Origin: Octopus sinensis
Taxonomy: Eukaryota
Direction: 5' to 3'
Assembly (NCBI RefSeq): GCF_006345805.1
Contig: NC_043004.1
Span: forward strand, 74,586,001 to 74,650,000
Length of the DNA stretch: 64,000 bases
Position numbers and translations under genes: made by a program. The notes beneath the pieces were generated by a model that searched no databases, had not been told where the DNA came from, and saw nothing but the letters and a program-made list of their open reading frames with translations. This document shows, piece by piece, positions 39,736 through 52,258 of this stretch; the stretch's first letter is position 1; each line of letters starts with the position of its first letter.

Positions 39736-40999
39736 GGGGGTCATGAATCCGACTGCATTTTCTAGTAAGGATCTGGTTCGGTAGGTTTAGGGTTTTGGTG
39801 CGGAGTCACCTCTTAGACACTATTTCCCCCCGATCTACTTAAAGTAGTAGAACCTCGCAGAATAGGAGGATCTCTCAGAGTCTCACCTAAGTGTTTATTA
39901 GCCACTCGAAGAAGGTAACTGGGAACATCCGGCGCAAATGGGTCCGGGTAACTTTTCAGTTGCTCACCTAAAAGAAGTTAACTCCTGAAATATAACTACT
40001 GGGCTCGTGGTACAAGAGGTTATGATTGGTTCTGCACGATCCTTCCCACTACTATAGTAAACCCCTGCCCTCTTAATGGGTGATTTGTTTAGATATATGC
40101 ATGGCTATCATTCTTTGCGGCTCAATTGCGGCTACGAATGTATTGACTTGTCTTGCTTCGTAACTTCTAAATTAGTGGAAAAATGGAAAGCGTAATTCAG
40201 AGACAAACAGGAGATATCAGAGATAGTTAAAAAAACTGTCTCTACAATACAGTCGACTAAATACACAAACAAAGGCAAACAATACAAGGGGTACTGAAAA
40301 ACATTCTGGTTTTAGGACTCGCGAATAGCCTGGTTGGAGGCCCAACCATCCGAGTTCTTTGACAAAGTTTAGAAAAACTGAAGAAACGCTACGATAAGAT
40401 TTAATTATTTCAATTTCATCTATAGATTTTAATCTTTAATTCTAATTCCAATATAACCTTCCCTTTCTCAGTTCTATTATATTCCTTATAAACATTTGCA
40501 ATTCCTATTTTTTTGACATATTCTATTATATTCCGCAAATTATTTCACTCGATGTCACACAATATTTCGATTCACTTATCATTTACAATTATTTTCCCAC
40601 TAGCCACGCTGTTTAATAATAGTTACCCAATTAACTGGTTTCTAAAAGTTATTATATATAATTATTATAACAATTATTATATAAATAATAACTATTGTAT
40701 AAATTATTATAATAATTATTATTTCATTATTCATTATTCAAAAGTGTTCGTCAAATGGGTCACATGAAGCTTCTTCATGTGTGAATTCTTTTCGGCTTTC
40801 ATGAATCAGCATTTCACCCTACCTTAGGTATTTCAGCACTGTTTTCTCACCGTTTTGCATTTATATGTTTAAATGTGTATACAAACACCCCCACCCCACG
40901 CATACAGGAATATATATATATATATAAATTTATACTTATACAAATGTATTATATATATATATTTATATACACACACACATATATATATATACATATGCA

Positions 41000-41036
<37 letters not shown>

Positions 41037-41067
41037 CATATATGTAATACATAAGTAAATATACATA

Positions 41068-41584
41068 TCTATATATATAAAACTGTAGTTGTGTGAGTGT
41101 CTGTCTCCTACGATTTAGATTCCTAACTCCTCCCACATTTTGCGGTGCAGTTTAACCAAATTCGGGTATCTTATAGTCGTGATTAATATCGAGCCCGTCT
41201 GGCTATTAGCGCGCGTCTACGATGAGTCTACGATTTTAAAAATAATTTAACATAATTTTTTATTCCATTTTAATGCATAATTTTTCGTGTGTCGATGGCG
41301 GTGGAGTTGGCGTCCACGCTCAAACACCTGCACCTGTGTTTGCTTCTCCCCCTTCTTCCCTCCCTCGTGAAGCTGTGGGGAAGGGAGTTTAAGAAAATCA
41401 ACGTCGTAATGCGTTGTCAAGGAGACCAGCGTTCTTTTAGAACAACGACTTCATGGCTTGAAGACACCAAATCAGAAATGGCTAAGAAAGCCCGAATTGG
41501 AATCTATAAAGGAAGTAACTCTCTAAAAATGCTTATATAGTTATTTCCCTTACAAACCCGAGCAACGCCGGGCGATACTGCTAG
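41068..41584 (+). mobile_element. Non-autonomous Helitron-like element, copy 1
   Basis: 5' TC, subterminal hairpin cccgagcaacgccggg, 3' CTAG, inserted between A and T, no TSD. Confidence 0.8.
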
Positions 41585-41606
41585 TTTAATATATATAATA
41601 TATATA

Positions 41607-41673
<67 letters not shown>

Positions 41674-41710
41674 TATTACATTATATTATATTATATTATA
41701 TTATATTATA

Positions 41711-42217
41711 TCTATATATATATAAACTCTAGTTGTGTGAGTGTCTGTCCCCTTCGATTTAGATTCCTAACTCCTCCCACATTTTGCGGTGCAGTTTAAC
41801 CAAATTCGGGTATCTTATAGTCGTGATTGATATCGAGCCCGTCTGACTATTAGCGCGCGTCAACGATGAGTCTACGATTTTAAAAATAATTTAACATCAT
41901 TTTTTATTCCATTTTAATGCATAAAATGCATCGTATGTCGATGGCGGCGGAGTTGGCGTCCACGCTCACAGCTGCACCTGTTTGCTTCTCCCCCTTCCCT
42001 CCCTCGTGAAGCTGTGGGGAAGGGAGTGTAAAGAAATCAACGTCGTAATGCGTTGTGAAGGAAACCAGCGTTCTTTTAGAACAACGACTTCATGGCTTGA
42101 AGACACCAAAACAAAAATGGCTAAGAAAGCCCGAATTTATAATGGAAGTAACTCTCTAAAAATGCTTATATAGTTATTTCCCTTACAATCCCGAGCAACG
42201 CCGGGCGATACTGCTAG
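41711..42217 (+). mobile_element. Non-autonomous Helitron-like element, copy 2
   Basis: Same termini; highly similar to copy 1; separated from it only by about 126 bp of TA-rich repeat. Confidence 0.8.
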
Positions 42218-42229
42218 TTATATATAAAA

Positions 42230-42490
42230 CCGTGTGAGTGAATTTGGTAGACGGAAACTGAAAGAAGCCTATCATATATATGTAGGTATTTGTGTGTCTG
42301 TGTTTGTCCTCCCAGCATTGCTTGACAACAGACGTAAATGTGTTTATGTCCCTGTATTCTAGCGGTTCGAAAAAAGAGACCGATGATATAAGTACTAGGC
42401 TTACAAAAATAAGTCCTGGGGTTAATTTTTTCGACTAAGGGGATGCCCCAGTATAGCCGTAGTCAAATGACTGAAACAAATAGAAGAGTA
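42230..42490 (+). mobile_element. 5'-truncated family A SINE
   Basis: gtgagtgaatttggtagacggaaactgaaagaagcc...gtcaaatgactgaaac, homologous to the reverse complement of 4590-4970. Confidence 0.8.
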
Positions 42491-42759
42491 AAAGAATTAT
42501 ATATTTATATATATACATATAGGAAAACGTGCGCAACAAAGTACCATTTTGTGTTAGAAACAGCTGTCGATGAGCATTTGACGCTAGGTAAAGCTTCATT
42601 TTACGTTACATTATTTTGCAGACGCGCGCGCACACACACAAGCACACACAAATACACACACATAAATATATCACGAATTCCAGAACAACGCATTAGTCCA
42701 TAATACTATCCAGATAACCAACTATTTGACACATTTTAGCACCAAAACTTACCAATAGT

Positions 42760-42880
42760 TCCGAAGCTTACAGAAATCATCATCGATAGTCATTTTGAAG
42801 ATACTGAGAAAATGAAAAATGCTGTGACAACTCCACATTGGAGGACTTCTATAGGGCTTTCACCAACTAGTTCGTGTATT
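42760..42880 (+). mobile_element. Short mariner C-terminal remnant
   Basis: gtcattttgaagatactgagaaaatgaaaaatgctgtgacaa matches 6245-6290. Confidence 0.55.
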
Positions 42881-43044
42881 AGTTTAACGCTCTGGAACAA
42901 TGAAATGATGTTTTACGTTCAGAGCTTACGCTCTTCAACAGAAAGGATTAAGAGGAAAATAAGGGAGAGGGAATGAAAAAAAACGGAGATAAATATGTAG
43001 AGATTAAAGGTGGAACATAGTAAAACGTACATATATATATCTTT

Positions 43045-43322
43045 ATAAAATCAAAATATGCAACAGGATATCAAGAAACGATGCAGTACGACCGTTTCAA
43101 ATATTTTAATAGAGCAAGATGGAAGAAATCTCTGCTCTGTTAAATTATTTGAGACAAATTATATTAATGCGTCCAACTGATTAAAATTCTACTTATTTCT
43201 GCAGCTGATGATAGCCCCGCATTTAAATTGATGTAAATATTGCATTGTTCAATTAAATGGATCCGCTCGAAACGGACGTACTGCCTCACTTCTAGATATC
43301 CTGTTGCTTATTTTGATTTTAT
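43045..43322. mobile_element. Foldback element (54-bp arms 43045-43098 and 43269-43322) containing an HHR
   Basis: Arms are imperfect reverse complements; the left arm is an inverted copy of the HHR 3' half plus downstream sequence. Confidence 0.78.
43201..43284 (+). ncRNA. Type I hammerhead ribozyme with extended stem II
   Basis: gcag CTGATGA tagc...gctc GAAA c-ggac-GTA ctgc. Stem I 4 bp; stem II extended by catttaaattga/tcaattaaatg; GUA triplet; basal U-C mismatch in stem II. Confidence 0.72.
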
Positions 43323-43467
43323 TCACGTTACTTCAAGTTTTGCGGATAATACCGGACTGACTTGGTACTTCAAGTTAAGTACGTAATTCAACTGAATCTC
43401 AATTATTTCTATATATATGTATGTATGTATGTTTGCATGTATGTATGTATGTATGTATGTATGTATG

Positions 43468-43498
<31 letters not shown>

Positions 43499-43576
43499 GT
43501 ATGTATGTATTTATGTATGTATGCATGTATATATATATGTGTGTGTGCGTGTGTATGTATGCATTATGTATGTATG

Positions 43577-43607
<31 letters not shown>

Positions 43608-43699
43608 GTAAGTATATGTGCAGATTTGTATGTTTTGCTTTATGTATGTATTCTCGTGCATATGGTTGCATATCTAGACATGCTCATATATATACTTAA

Positions 43700-44035
43700 A
43701 TGTTAAACTTCTGGAAAGTTTTGCATAATTTTACAGTTCCAGTGATGGATTGGATCTGTAGTCTTCGAATCAGCTTTCTCCTTTTCTGGTTTAAAAAAAA
43801 CTAATTTCTCAAGATGGGTATTTCGGCAGTGTGTTACGTATCCCTGGGCTCCAATAATTACAGGTATAAACCTGAACTTGTAACCTGGGTAGAGTGACTG
43901 CAGATTTCTCAATAGCTCAGCGTATGAATTCTCTTTTTCCCTGATCTGCAGCTAATTTCGACAACTATACAAACTTTCTCTCCTCTATCACAAATTAGTA
44001 CATCAGCTTTTTGTACTTCTATTTTAATGTGGTTT
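43700..44035 (-). mobile_element. 3' fragment of a REL-endonuclease non-LTR retrotransposon
   Basis: KADVLICDRGEKVCIVVEISC, RNLQSLYPGYKFRFIPVIIGAQGYV and, in an alternative frame, RRKLIRRLQIQSITGTVKLCKTFQKF*. Confidence 0.75.
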
Positions 44036-44260
44036 TTACAGGGACATACCACTATGTATGTATGTATGTATGTATGTATGTATGTATGTATGTATGTATG
44101 TATGTATGTATGTATGTATGTATGTATGTATGTATGTATATCTATATGTATATATACGTACTTGATATGCATACATGTATATATTGATAGAAATGCATGT
44201 ATGTGTGTACATAAATGTGTATGTGTCTACATATGCATATATATCACGGTATTTTCGCAG

Positions 44261-45700
<1,440 letters not shown>

Positions 45701-46589
45701 TTGTTTCTCATCTACTACTTCATGGGCGCATATTTTTCGGTGAACATTCGTGTTCACACATCCACGTTACTTATTTGAACAATTTCTTACATTATGTTAC
45801 ATTTGAACAATTTCTTACATTATGTTACAGAGAAGAATTTGAAGTTGAACACATGACGATACATTTTATAGAAATTTTAAGAGGGGAGTAGAAAGAAAGT
45901 AAAATGCTGAAAGAGATAAAGTGGTGTGAAAACGACAAGAGAAAGGGAGAGAGGAAAAGACAAAATCGAGAAAGAAAAGAGAGAGAAACATTGTAATTAA
46001 AGAAAGATAGAAAGAAATAAAGAACAGAAGGAAAGTGTGACTGAACTGGACAAACATAAAAGGATAAAAATGTGCGAAGATATACAAACGATAAATATGA
46101 AAGAAATATCAAAGACAAAACATTCAAATAATAAGATAGATAAATAAAACTAGATAGAAAAAGCGAATAGAATGAAAGAGGAAAATGCGTGGGAAAAAGA
46201 GAAAATGAGGAGAAGAGAGTGTGGGAAAAGGGAGTGTATTGAAATAGTCAGCTTAAACGTTCGAGCCCTGGTCTCCTGAGCCTTATTTGTAGAATGATAC
46301 TTTAGTGGAGATGCACGCCACCGATAGAATAATGCTACAGTATAGAGAAAAATAGGCCAGCCACCGGTAGACCGGTGTTACGGGCTCAAAGCATTAACAC
46401 GACTTTACAATATACACCAGTTATAATGTTTACAAAGCAGATGAATGCAACAGTTTCAGCCTAACAAAGAGCTACTACATACCATTGACTCACTTCTGAT
46501 CATCGTTGGAGTTGATTCACGACTGCTACTAAGAAACAATGGGTAATTTGGTTTGATGTGGGGCAATAATTATTTCTATTCTAAGTACA

Positions 46590-46775
46590 AGGCCTTGAAA
46601 ATTTCGGAAGGAAGGGGGCTACTCGATTACATCGAACCCAGTTGGTAACTTTTACTTATTTCATCGACCGCGTAAGGATGAAAAGCTAAGTCGACCTCGA
46701 CTGAATTTGAACTCAGAACGTAGCAGCAGACGAAATACTGGCGTGCTAATGATTCTGCCATCTCACTGCCCTACT
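46590..46775 (-). mobile_element. Diverged family B SINE copy
   Basis: gtcgacctcgactgaatttgaactcagaacgtagcagcagacgaaatac, as in the units at 27975-28524. Confidence 0.8.
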
Positions 46776-46829
46776 ATGGGACAATCATATTACATTTTAA
46801 TAATAATAATAATAATAATATTATATGGA

Positions 46830-47440
46830 CGAGATTGAAAGGACTGAAAACAGTTATATTCCTCTTCGGCCAAGCCCTCATTGTTTTTTCATGTTCCACT
46901 TGATCTTAACTGATGGAAGTGTTACCATGTACATTGTTTTGCCTTGGTATAAAAGATGGGTTACTGCAAATATTCTGCTCAATACCACAGATTTGCTTGT
47001 CAGTTGTTTGGCCTTAAACCAGTTGCGAATGTCCCTTGGTAGCCGACAATATGTGCATCTCTGGTCACAAGCAGAAATAGTGAGGGAGCATCATAGCCAT
47101 GTGTTGAGAGAATCTTTTTGGAAGGGGCTTAAATAATTCAACTCTGGAAACATGAGGGGTCGTTCGTTCATCATCCTTAAACAAACTTTATTCAGAGGCT
47201 TTTTGGGCGGAATGGGCTACTCAACCTGATGATAGTTCTAACTGGGCCCCACCTGCAAGGTCATGCGCCATTTATAAAATCACCAATTCGCGCTCATGTG
47301 GTTGTGATGCATGTGCCTTGTGCACCCATATCAGATGAGAGGTCATGATGGGTATATTGGGTTTCGTATAATTGTACTCCAAAGTCACTTTCATGGTATA
47401 CGCTGCTCTCTCACTCAATAATATTAATATTCATAATAAT

Positions 47441-47485
<45 letters not shown>
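46830..47485 (+). mobile_element. Non-coding (AAT)n-tailed retroposon or LINE 3' UTR fragment
   Basis: Ends ctctctcactc(aat)n; about 520 bp homologous in inverted orientation to 49738-50260. Confidence 0.7.
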
Positions 47486-47486
<1 letters not shown>

Positions 47487-47502
47487 GTAGTAGTAGTACT
47501 AC

Positions 47503-47543
<41 letters not shown>

Positions 47544-47589
47544 TCCTTTTCCTCTCTGTCTTTCTTCCTCTTTTTCTCTATCACATGTC

Positions 47590-49715
47590 TTTGTAAATGA
47601 ACGATATGGTGTCTTTATTTTCATGGCCTATCAAGTATACTGTGAGTATCTCTAGGTGTTCATGAAGATACTGAGGTTATTCTCAAATAACCAGAGACAG
47701 TTTTTTAAGAGCTTAGGAGGAAATACAGAATATGATATACCTCCTGAAGCAGAGGAAACCCGCCAATTTTGGAATAACATCTCGGGCAAGAAGTTTCGCA
47801 GAACCACGTGGTTGAGTGGATTCATTCCGTGCGATCCAAATTCCTTCACCCGAAGGCATTACGACAGGGCCATTTGCTCATAACAATGGATGATGTAATT
47901 TCACAGGTATCAAAAGGGCCAATCTGGAAAGCGGCAGGACCAGACTAAATTCAAGGCTGGCTCAAGTGGTTTAGATAAACTCACAAGCGAATTGCGTTGC
48001 AATTAGACAATTGCCGGAAAACAATCTTCTGCTAGTAGAACAAAAGGATGACCAAAATGATCCACGTGCACCAAGGACCACCGTGTGATAGACAAAGTTG
48101 TAATGAAGATATGTAAACGGTAGCAAAAAGACTTCTGCATGACCTGCATAAACTTTAAAATGACTTACGACATGCTGCCGCATTTGTGGATTTTAGAAAC
48201 ACTTGACATGTGAGGAATAGCTGAGAACATGCGTTCACTGATTAGGAACAACATGCCTTGTTGGAAACCACGTCTTTTCTGTAATAACTAGCACTTAGCC
48301 GAGGTAACAAACAAGAGGTATCTTCCAGGAAGACTCTTGTTTACCTCCGTTATTTGTTATAGCGTTGATTCCACTTTCTGAAGTCCTACGTAAAGTCATC
48401 GCGCACTATGAGCTGAGAGAGAACCGACCACGTCTCAACAACCTTCTGTTCATGGATGATTTAAAACTTTTTGCAAAACAAAGACTGAAATGGAGAGGCT
48501 GGTTGAGACTATACAGATGTGCAGCAAGGATACAGGGATGGGATTCTTTATCTTGAAGTATGCGGTGATCAGATTGTAAGGGCATAGAATTGCCAAACGG
48601 AGTAAAGGTGTAAAGGTGGATGTTGTCTGATTAGCGTACAGGAGTGCATCAACAGTGAAAAACGAAGCATGGCGAAATATTTGGTAAACAGTAAACAAGA
48701 CCTGCCACAGTATGCTGCTAATGCAGAAGGATATACCAAAAGTGGCCTTGAGAGTGCTTTTGAATACCAATGATGAATAGCCAACGATAGAGAAGAAATC
48801 CTACTCCAAATGGAATTACATAGTCAGTCCCACCGTGAAACTAACAAATTAAAAGAACAGGAAGCATCATGGATGTGGCTCAGCAAAGGCAAACTAAAAT
48901 GAAGACCGAAAGCCCAGGACCAAGCATTGGATAACAGCTCTGTGAAAAGGGATATCTACCATAAAAGAGCATGAACCTATGCAGACTGAGTCGGAAGTGG
49001 ATCGAAAGCGTACTCACGTTGTTATTTCTTGTGAAAGTTTTATGCAGAAAGACGATAAGCGAGAGACACGACAAGGTAGCCCGAAACCTTGACTGGCTAC
49101 TATGCTGGAAGTATGAATATAAGGTAACGTGTGCTTGGTACCAATATACACTGGAAGAGATAATGGATGAAAAGGGGTAGGTAAGAATCCCCTGGGACTG
49201 TGACTTCCAGACAGACAAGGTGTTAGTGCACCCAAGGCAAATATAGTAACTTGTAAGAGAGATAAACAAGAATACCTAATAATCAACGTGACAGTGCCAG
49301 GAGATCAACATATCATCTTGAAAAGAAGAGAAAAGATTGATAAATATGGAGACCTGGGAATTGAGATCAGCAAGATGTGGCAGCTACGAGAGTCAAACAT
49401 AAAGGTTGTCCCTATTGTGAACCAAGCATTGGGTTTCAATATCACCCAACCTGAAAAAAAATCTGGAAGCGTTAGAAATGCCCTGCAAAAAACGATATTA
49501 CTTGGAACTGCATGCATATTGCGTTAAGTTCTGTCAGTCTGTGGTCCTTATTGTGACTTAAAAGACAGTACAATTCTCCGGTAGACACAATATCTTCAAT
49601 CAACAACCTCACGATAGTTTATACTGTATGACGACTATAATGATAACAACAACAACAACACAACAACAACAACAACAACAACAACAATAATAATAATAAT
49701 AATAATAATAATTAT
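47590..49715 (+). mobile_element. Decayed R4/Dong-like non-LTR retrotransposon (RT + REL)
   Basis: LFSNNQRQFF, WKAAGPD, TYDMLPHLWI, RGIFQEDS, LLFMDDLKLFAK, RHDKVA, PGDQHI...KIDKY.DL..EI.KMW, LQKTILLGTACILR; many stops and frameshifts; (AAC)n(AAT)n tail. Confidence 0.88.
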
Positions 49716-50280
49716 TATTATTATTATTATTATTATTGAGTGAGAGAGCAGTGCATGCCATCAAAGTGACACTAGGGTAAAATATACGAAGCCCAGTATA
49801 CCCATCATGACTACCAATCTGATAAGGGTACACTAGGCACATGCATCACAACCATATGTGCGCAACATGGTGATCTCATATCAAGATAAACACCACATGA
49901 CCTTGCAGGTGGGGCGCAGTTAGAATTTTCTTCTGGTCAAGTAACCCATCCTGCTCAAAAGGTCCCTGAATAAGGGTTGTTTAAGGATGTTGAACGAACC
50001 ACCCATGTTTCCAAAGGTGAATTATCCAAACCTCTAACAATTCCTTTCAGCACACGACTAACATGCTCCCCAACTACTTCTGCTCGTGATCAGCAATGCA
50101 CATATCGTCAGCCACCAAAGAACATGCTCAAATGGTTACGGTCAAGCAACTGACAAGCAAATCTGTGGTATTGAGCAGAATATTTGTTGTAGCCCATCTT
50201 TTATATCAAGACAAAACAATCTACATGATAACACTTCCAATCAGTTAAGATCAGAAGCCGCAAAAGCCACTGCCTGGTAC
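49715..50280 (-). mobile_element. Second copy of the (AAT)n-tailed non-coding retroposon
   Basis: Inverted homolog of 46830-47485; (ATT)n on the + strand at 49715-49737. Confidence 0.7.
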
Positions 50281-50285
50281 TGCAT

Positions 50286-50296
50286 CATTATTATTG

Positions 50297-50364
<68 letters not shown>

Positions 50365-51211
50365 TTATTTTATTTTATTTTTTTTCTTCTTTCAAATTTG
50401 CTTCCATTTCTTGCCGAGTGTCTTTCCGACTCCTAGGGCAAAGAAACTCATAGTATACATTGGTAGGCCATTAAACCAAACTCAGTAGTTCGTTCATTTT
50501 TTTTTTTTTTTTTTAAAGTTAAATTAAAATACATGAGCACCAACAGTTCTCACATCGACAATGCTCTTCTCAATACGTGTGATGTACCAGTTAAGACAAT
50601 CTTTTGCACTTCTTGCAGGGATGGTAAGCCAGGGATCATTCTCATATAATTTTCGGTTCCCTTCTTGATCATTCCTAGTGCTCCTACGATCACTGGTATT
50701 GTAACCGCCTTGAGATGCCACATTTTCTCAATTTCAATGAGTAGGTCTTTATATTTTCTGAGCTTGTCAAACTCATTCGCTGAGATATTATGATCACAGG
50801 GGATGCTCATGTCGATCAATAAGCAAACTTTATTGTTTTGATCTTTCACAACAATATCTGGTTTATTGGCCTTGATGGTTCGGTCTGTATGTACTGGAAA
50901 GTCCCACAGAATGGTTACATTTTCTCCTTCAGTTACAGCCTCAGGGCTGTGATTATACCACTTGTCGGCAGTTTTGATATTGTAATGCCGACTTATTAGC
51001 CAGTGGAGATATTGGCCAACTCTGTCATGTCTTAATTTATACTCCACTGGTGCTAAGACTTTACATCCAGAGATTAGGTGGTCCACTGTTTCAATCATGT
51101 CGTTGCAGAATCGGCATTTTGGGTCTGCTCCATTTTTCACCACATTGGCCTGGTAGTTCCGGGTTAATAGGCTTTGATCTTGAGCAGCCAGGATGAAACC
51201 TTCGCTCTCTC
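50286..51211 (-). mobile_element. 5'-truncated R4/Dong-like LINE: intact zinc knuckle + REL frame (51209-50550), 3' UTR and (AAT)n tail
   Basis: ESEGFILAAQDQ...CRFC..ETVDHLISGC (CCHC), RHDRV, KPDIVV...IDMSIP (PD-(D/E)xK REL); 220 uninterrupted codons including the stop. Confidence 0.93.
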
Positions 51212-51223
51212 ACACACATATAA

Positions 51224-51295
<72 letters not shown>

Positions 51296-51309
51296 GTACA
51301 TATATCCAT

Positions 51310-51620
51310 ATATCACCGTGATCACCGTGATAGACCAGGCTATCAGATGTTGCTACATATCGCTGGTTACCATGCGCTTCGCATTGTTTTAGCTTTCAAA
51401 TGACGCCACCCCGTTAGCTAAGCGAGCAGGCCAACAGAAGAATGAGTGAAAGAAAGTTGTGGCCAAATTCTACAGCAGGGATCGCCACCACCCCCTGCGG
51501 AGCTTCGTGGAGCTTTAGGTGTTTTCGCTCAATAAACTCACAACGCCCGGTCTGGGAATCGAAACCGCGATCCTACGACTGCGAGTCCGCTGCCCTAACC
51601 ACTGGGCCATTGCGCCCCCC
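51310..51620 (-). mobile_element. tRNA-derived SINE (family C)
   Basis: Minus-strand head ggcgcaatggcccagtggttagggc...ggtttcgattccc (A and B boxes); related copies at 60540, 62322 and 63695. Confidence 0.88.
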
Positions 51621-51625
51621 CATCC

Positions 51626-51671
<46 letters not shown>

Positions 51672-52004
51672 CATACACACACACAACTTGACTATTATTG
51701 ATTCTGATAAAATATTAATCTCTAATACCATCACATAGTTACAAATCTTCAGAAAGCTTATAATATTTGACTGGGCTGTGTTTTATGTAACGCCCAAAAA
51801 ATGATGTGTAACTTCAACTTAAGCGGTATTCATGCTAAAATCATGAAAACCATTAAGTAAATACTACAACGTTGTGACGACTCTCCCACTCCACAAAAAC
51901 TCTATTCACACAAATTAACAGAAAAATGCTATCTTCAGGTGTACCAGCTCTTATTAAAATCTGTAAATAAATCAATAACATCATGATTAAAATTAACAAA
52001 AGCA

Positions 52005-52049
<45 letters not shown>

Positions 52050-52258
52050 TAAGAAAGTTGGTTTGTGAAAACACGTGGGTGAATATATAGAAAATAGTAA
52101 AGAGTGAAAAAACGACAGAATGCTTAAATGTTAAAAAATATATATATTTGCGTCAATATGTCTGAAGAATATTAGAAAATTAAAAAAAAAAAATTTTTTG
52201 TCTTATAATGACATAATTTTTAAAGAAAGACCGGTTTCGCTTGTAGCTTTTCAAATGG

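Noticed and set aside
51545-51620. tRNA-like sequences here and at 62322, 28525 and about 4900
   Set aside because: They have A/B boxes but run into SINE bodies, and I could not close a convincing acceptor stem; treated as SINE heads, not tRNA genes.
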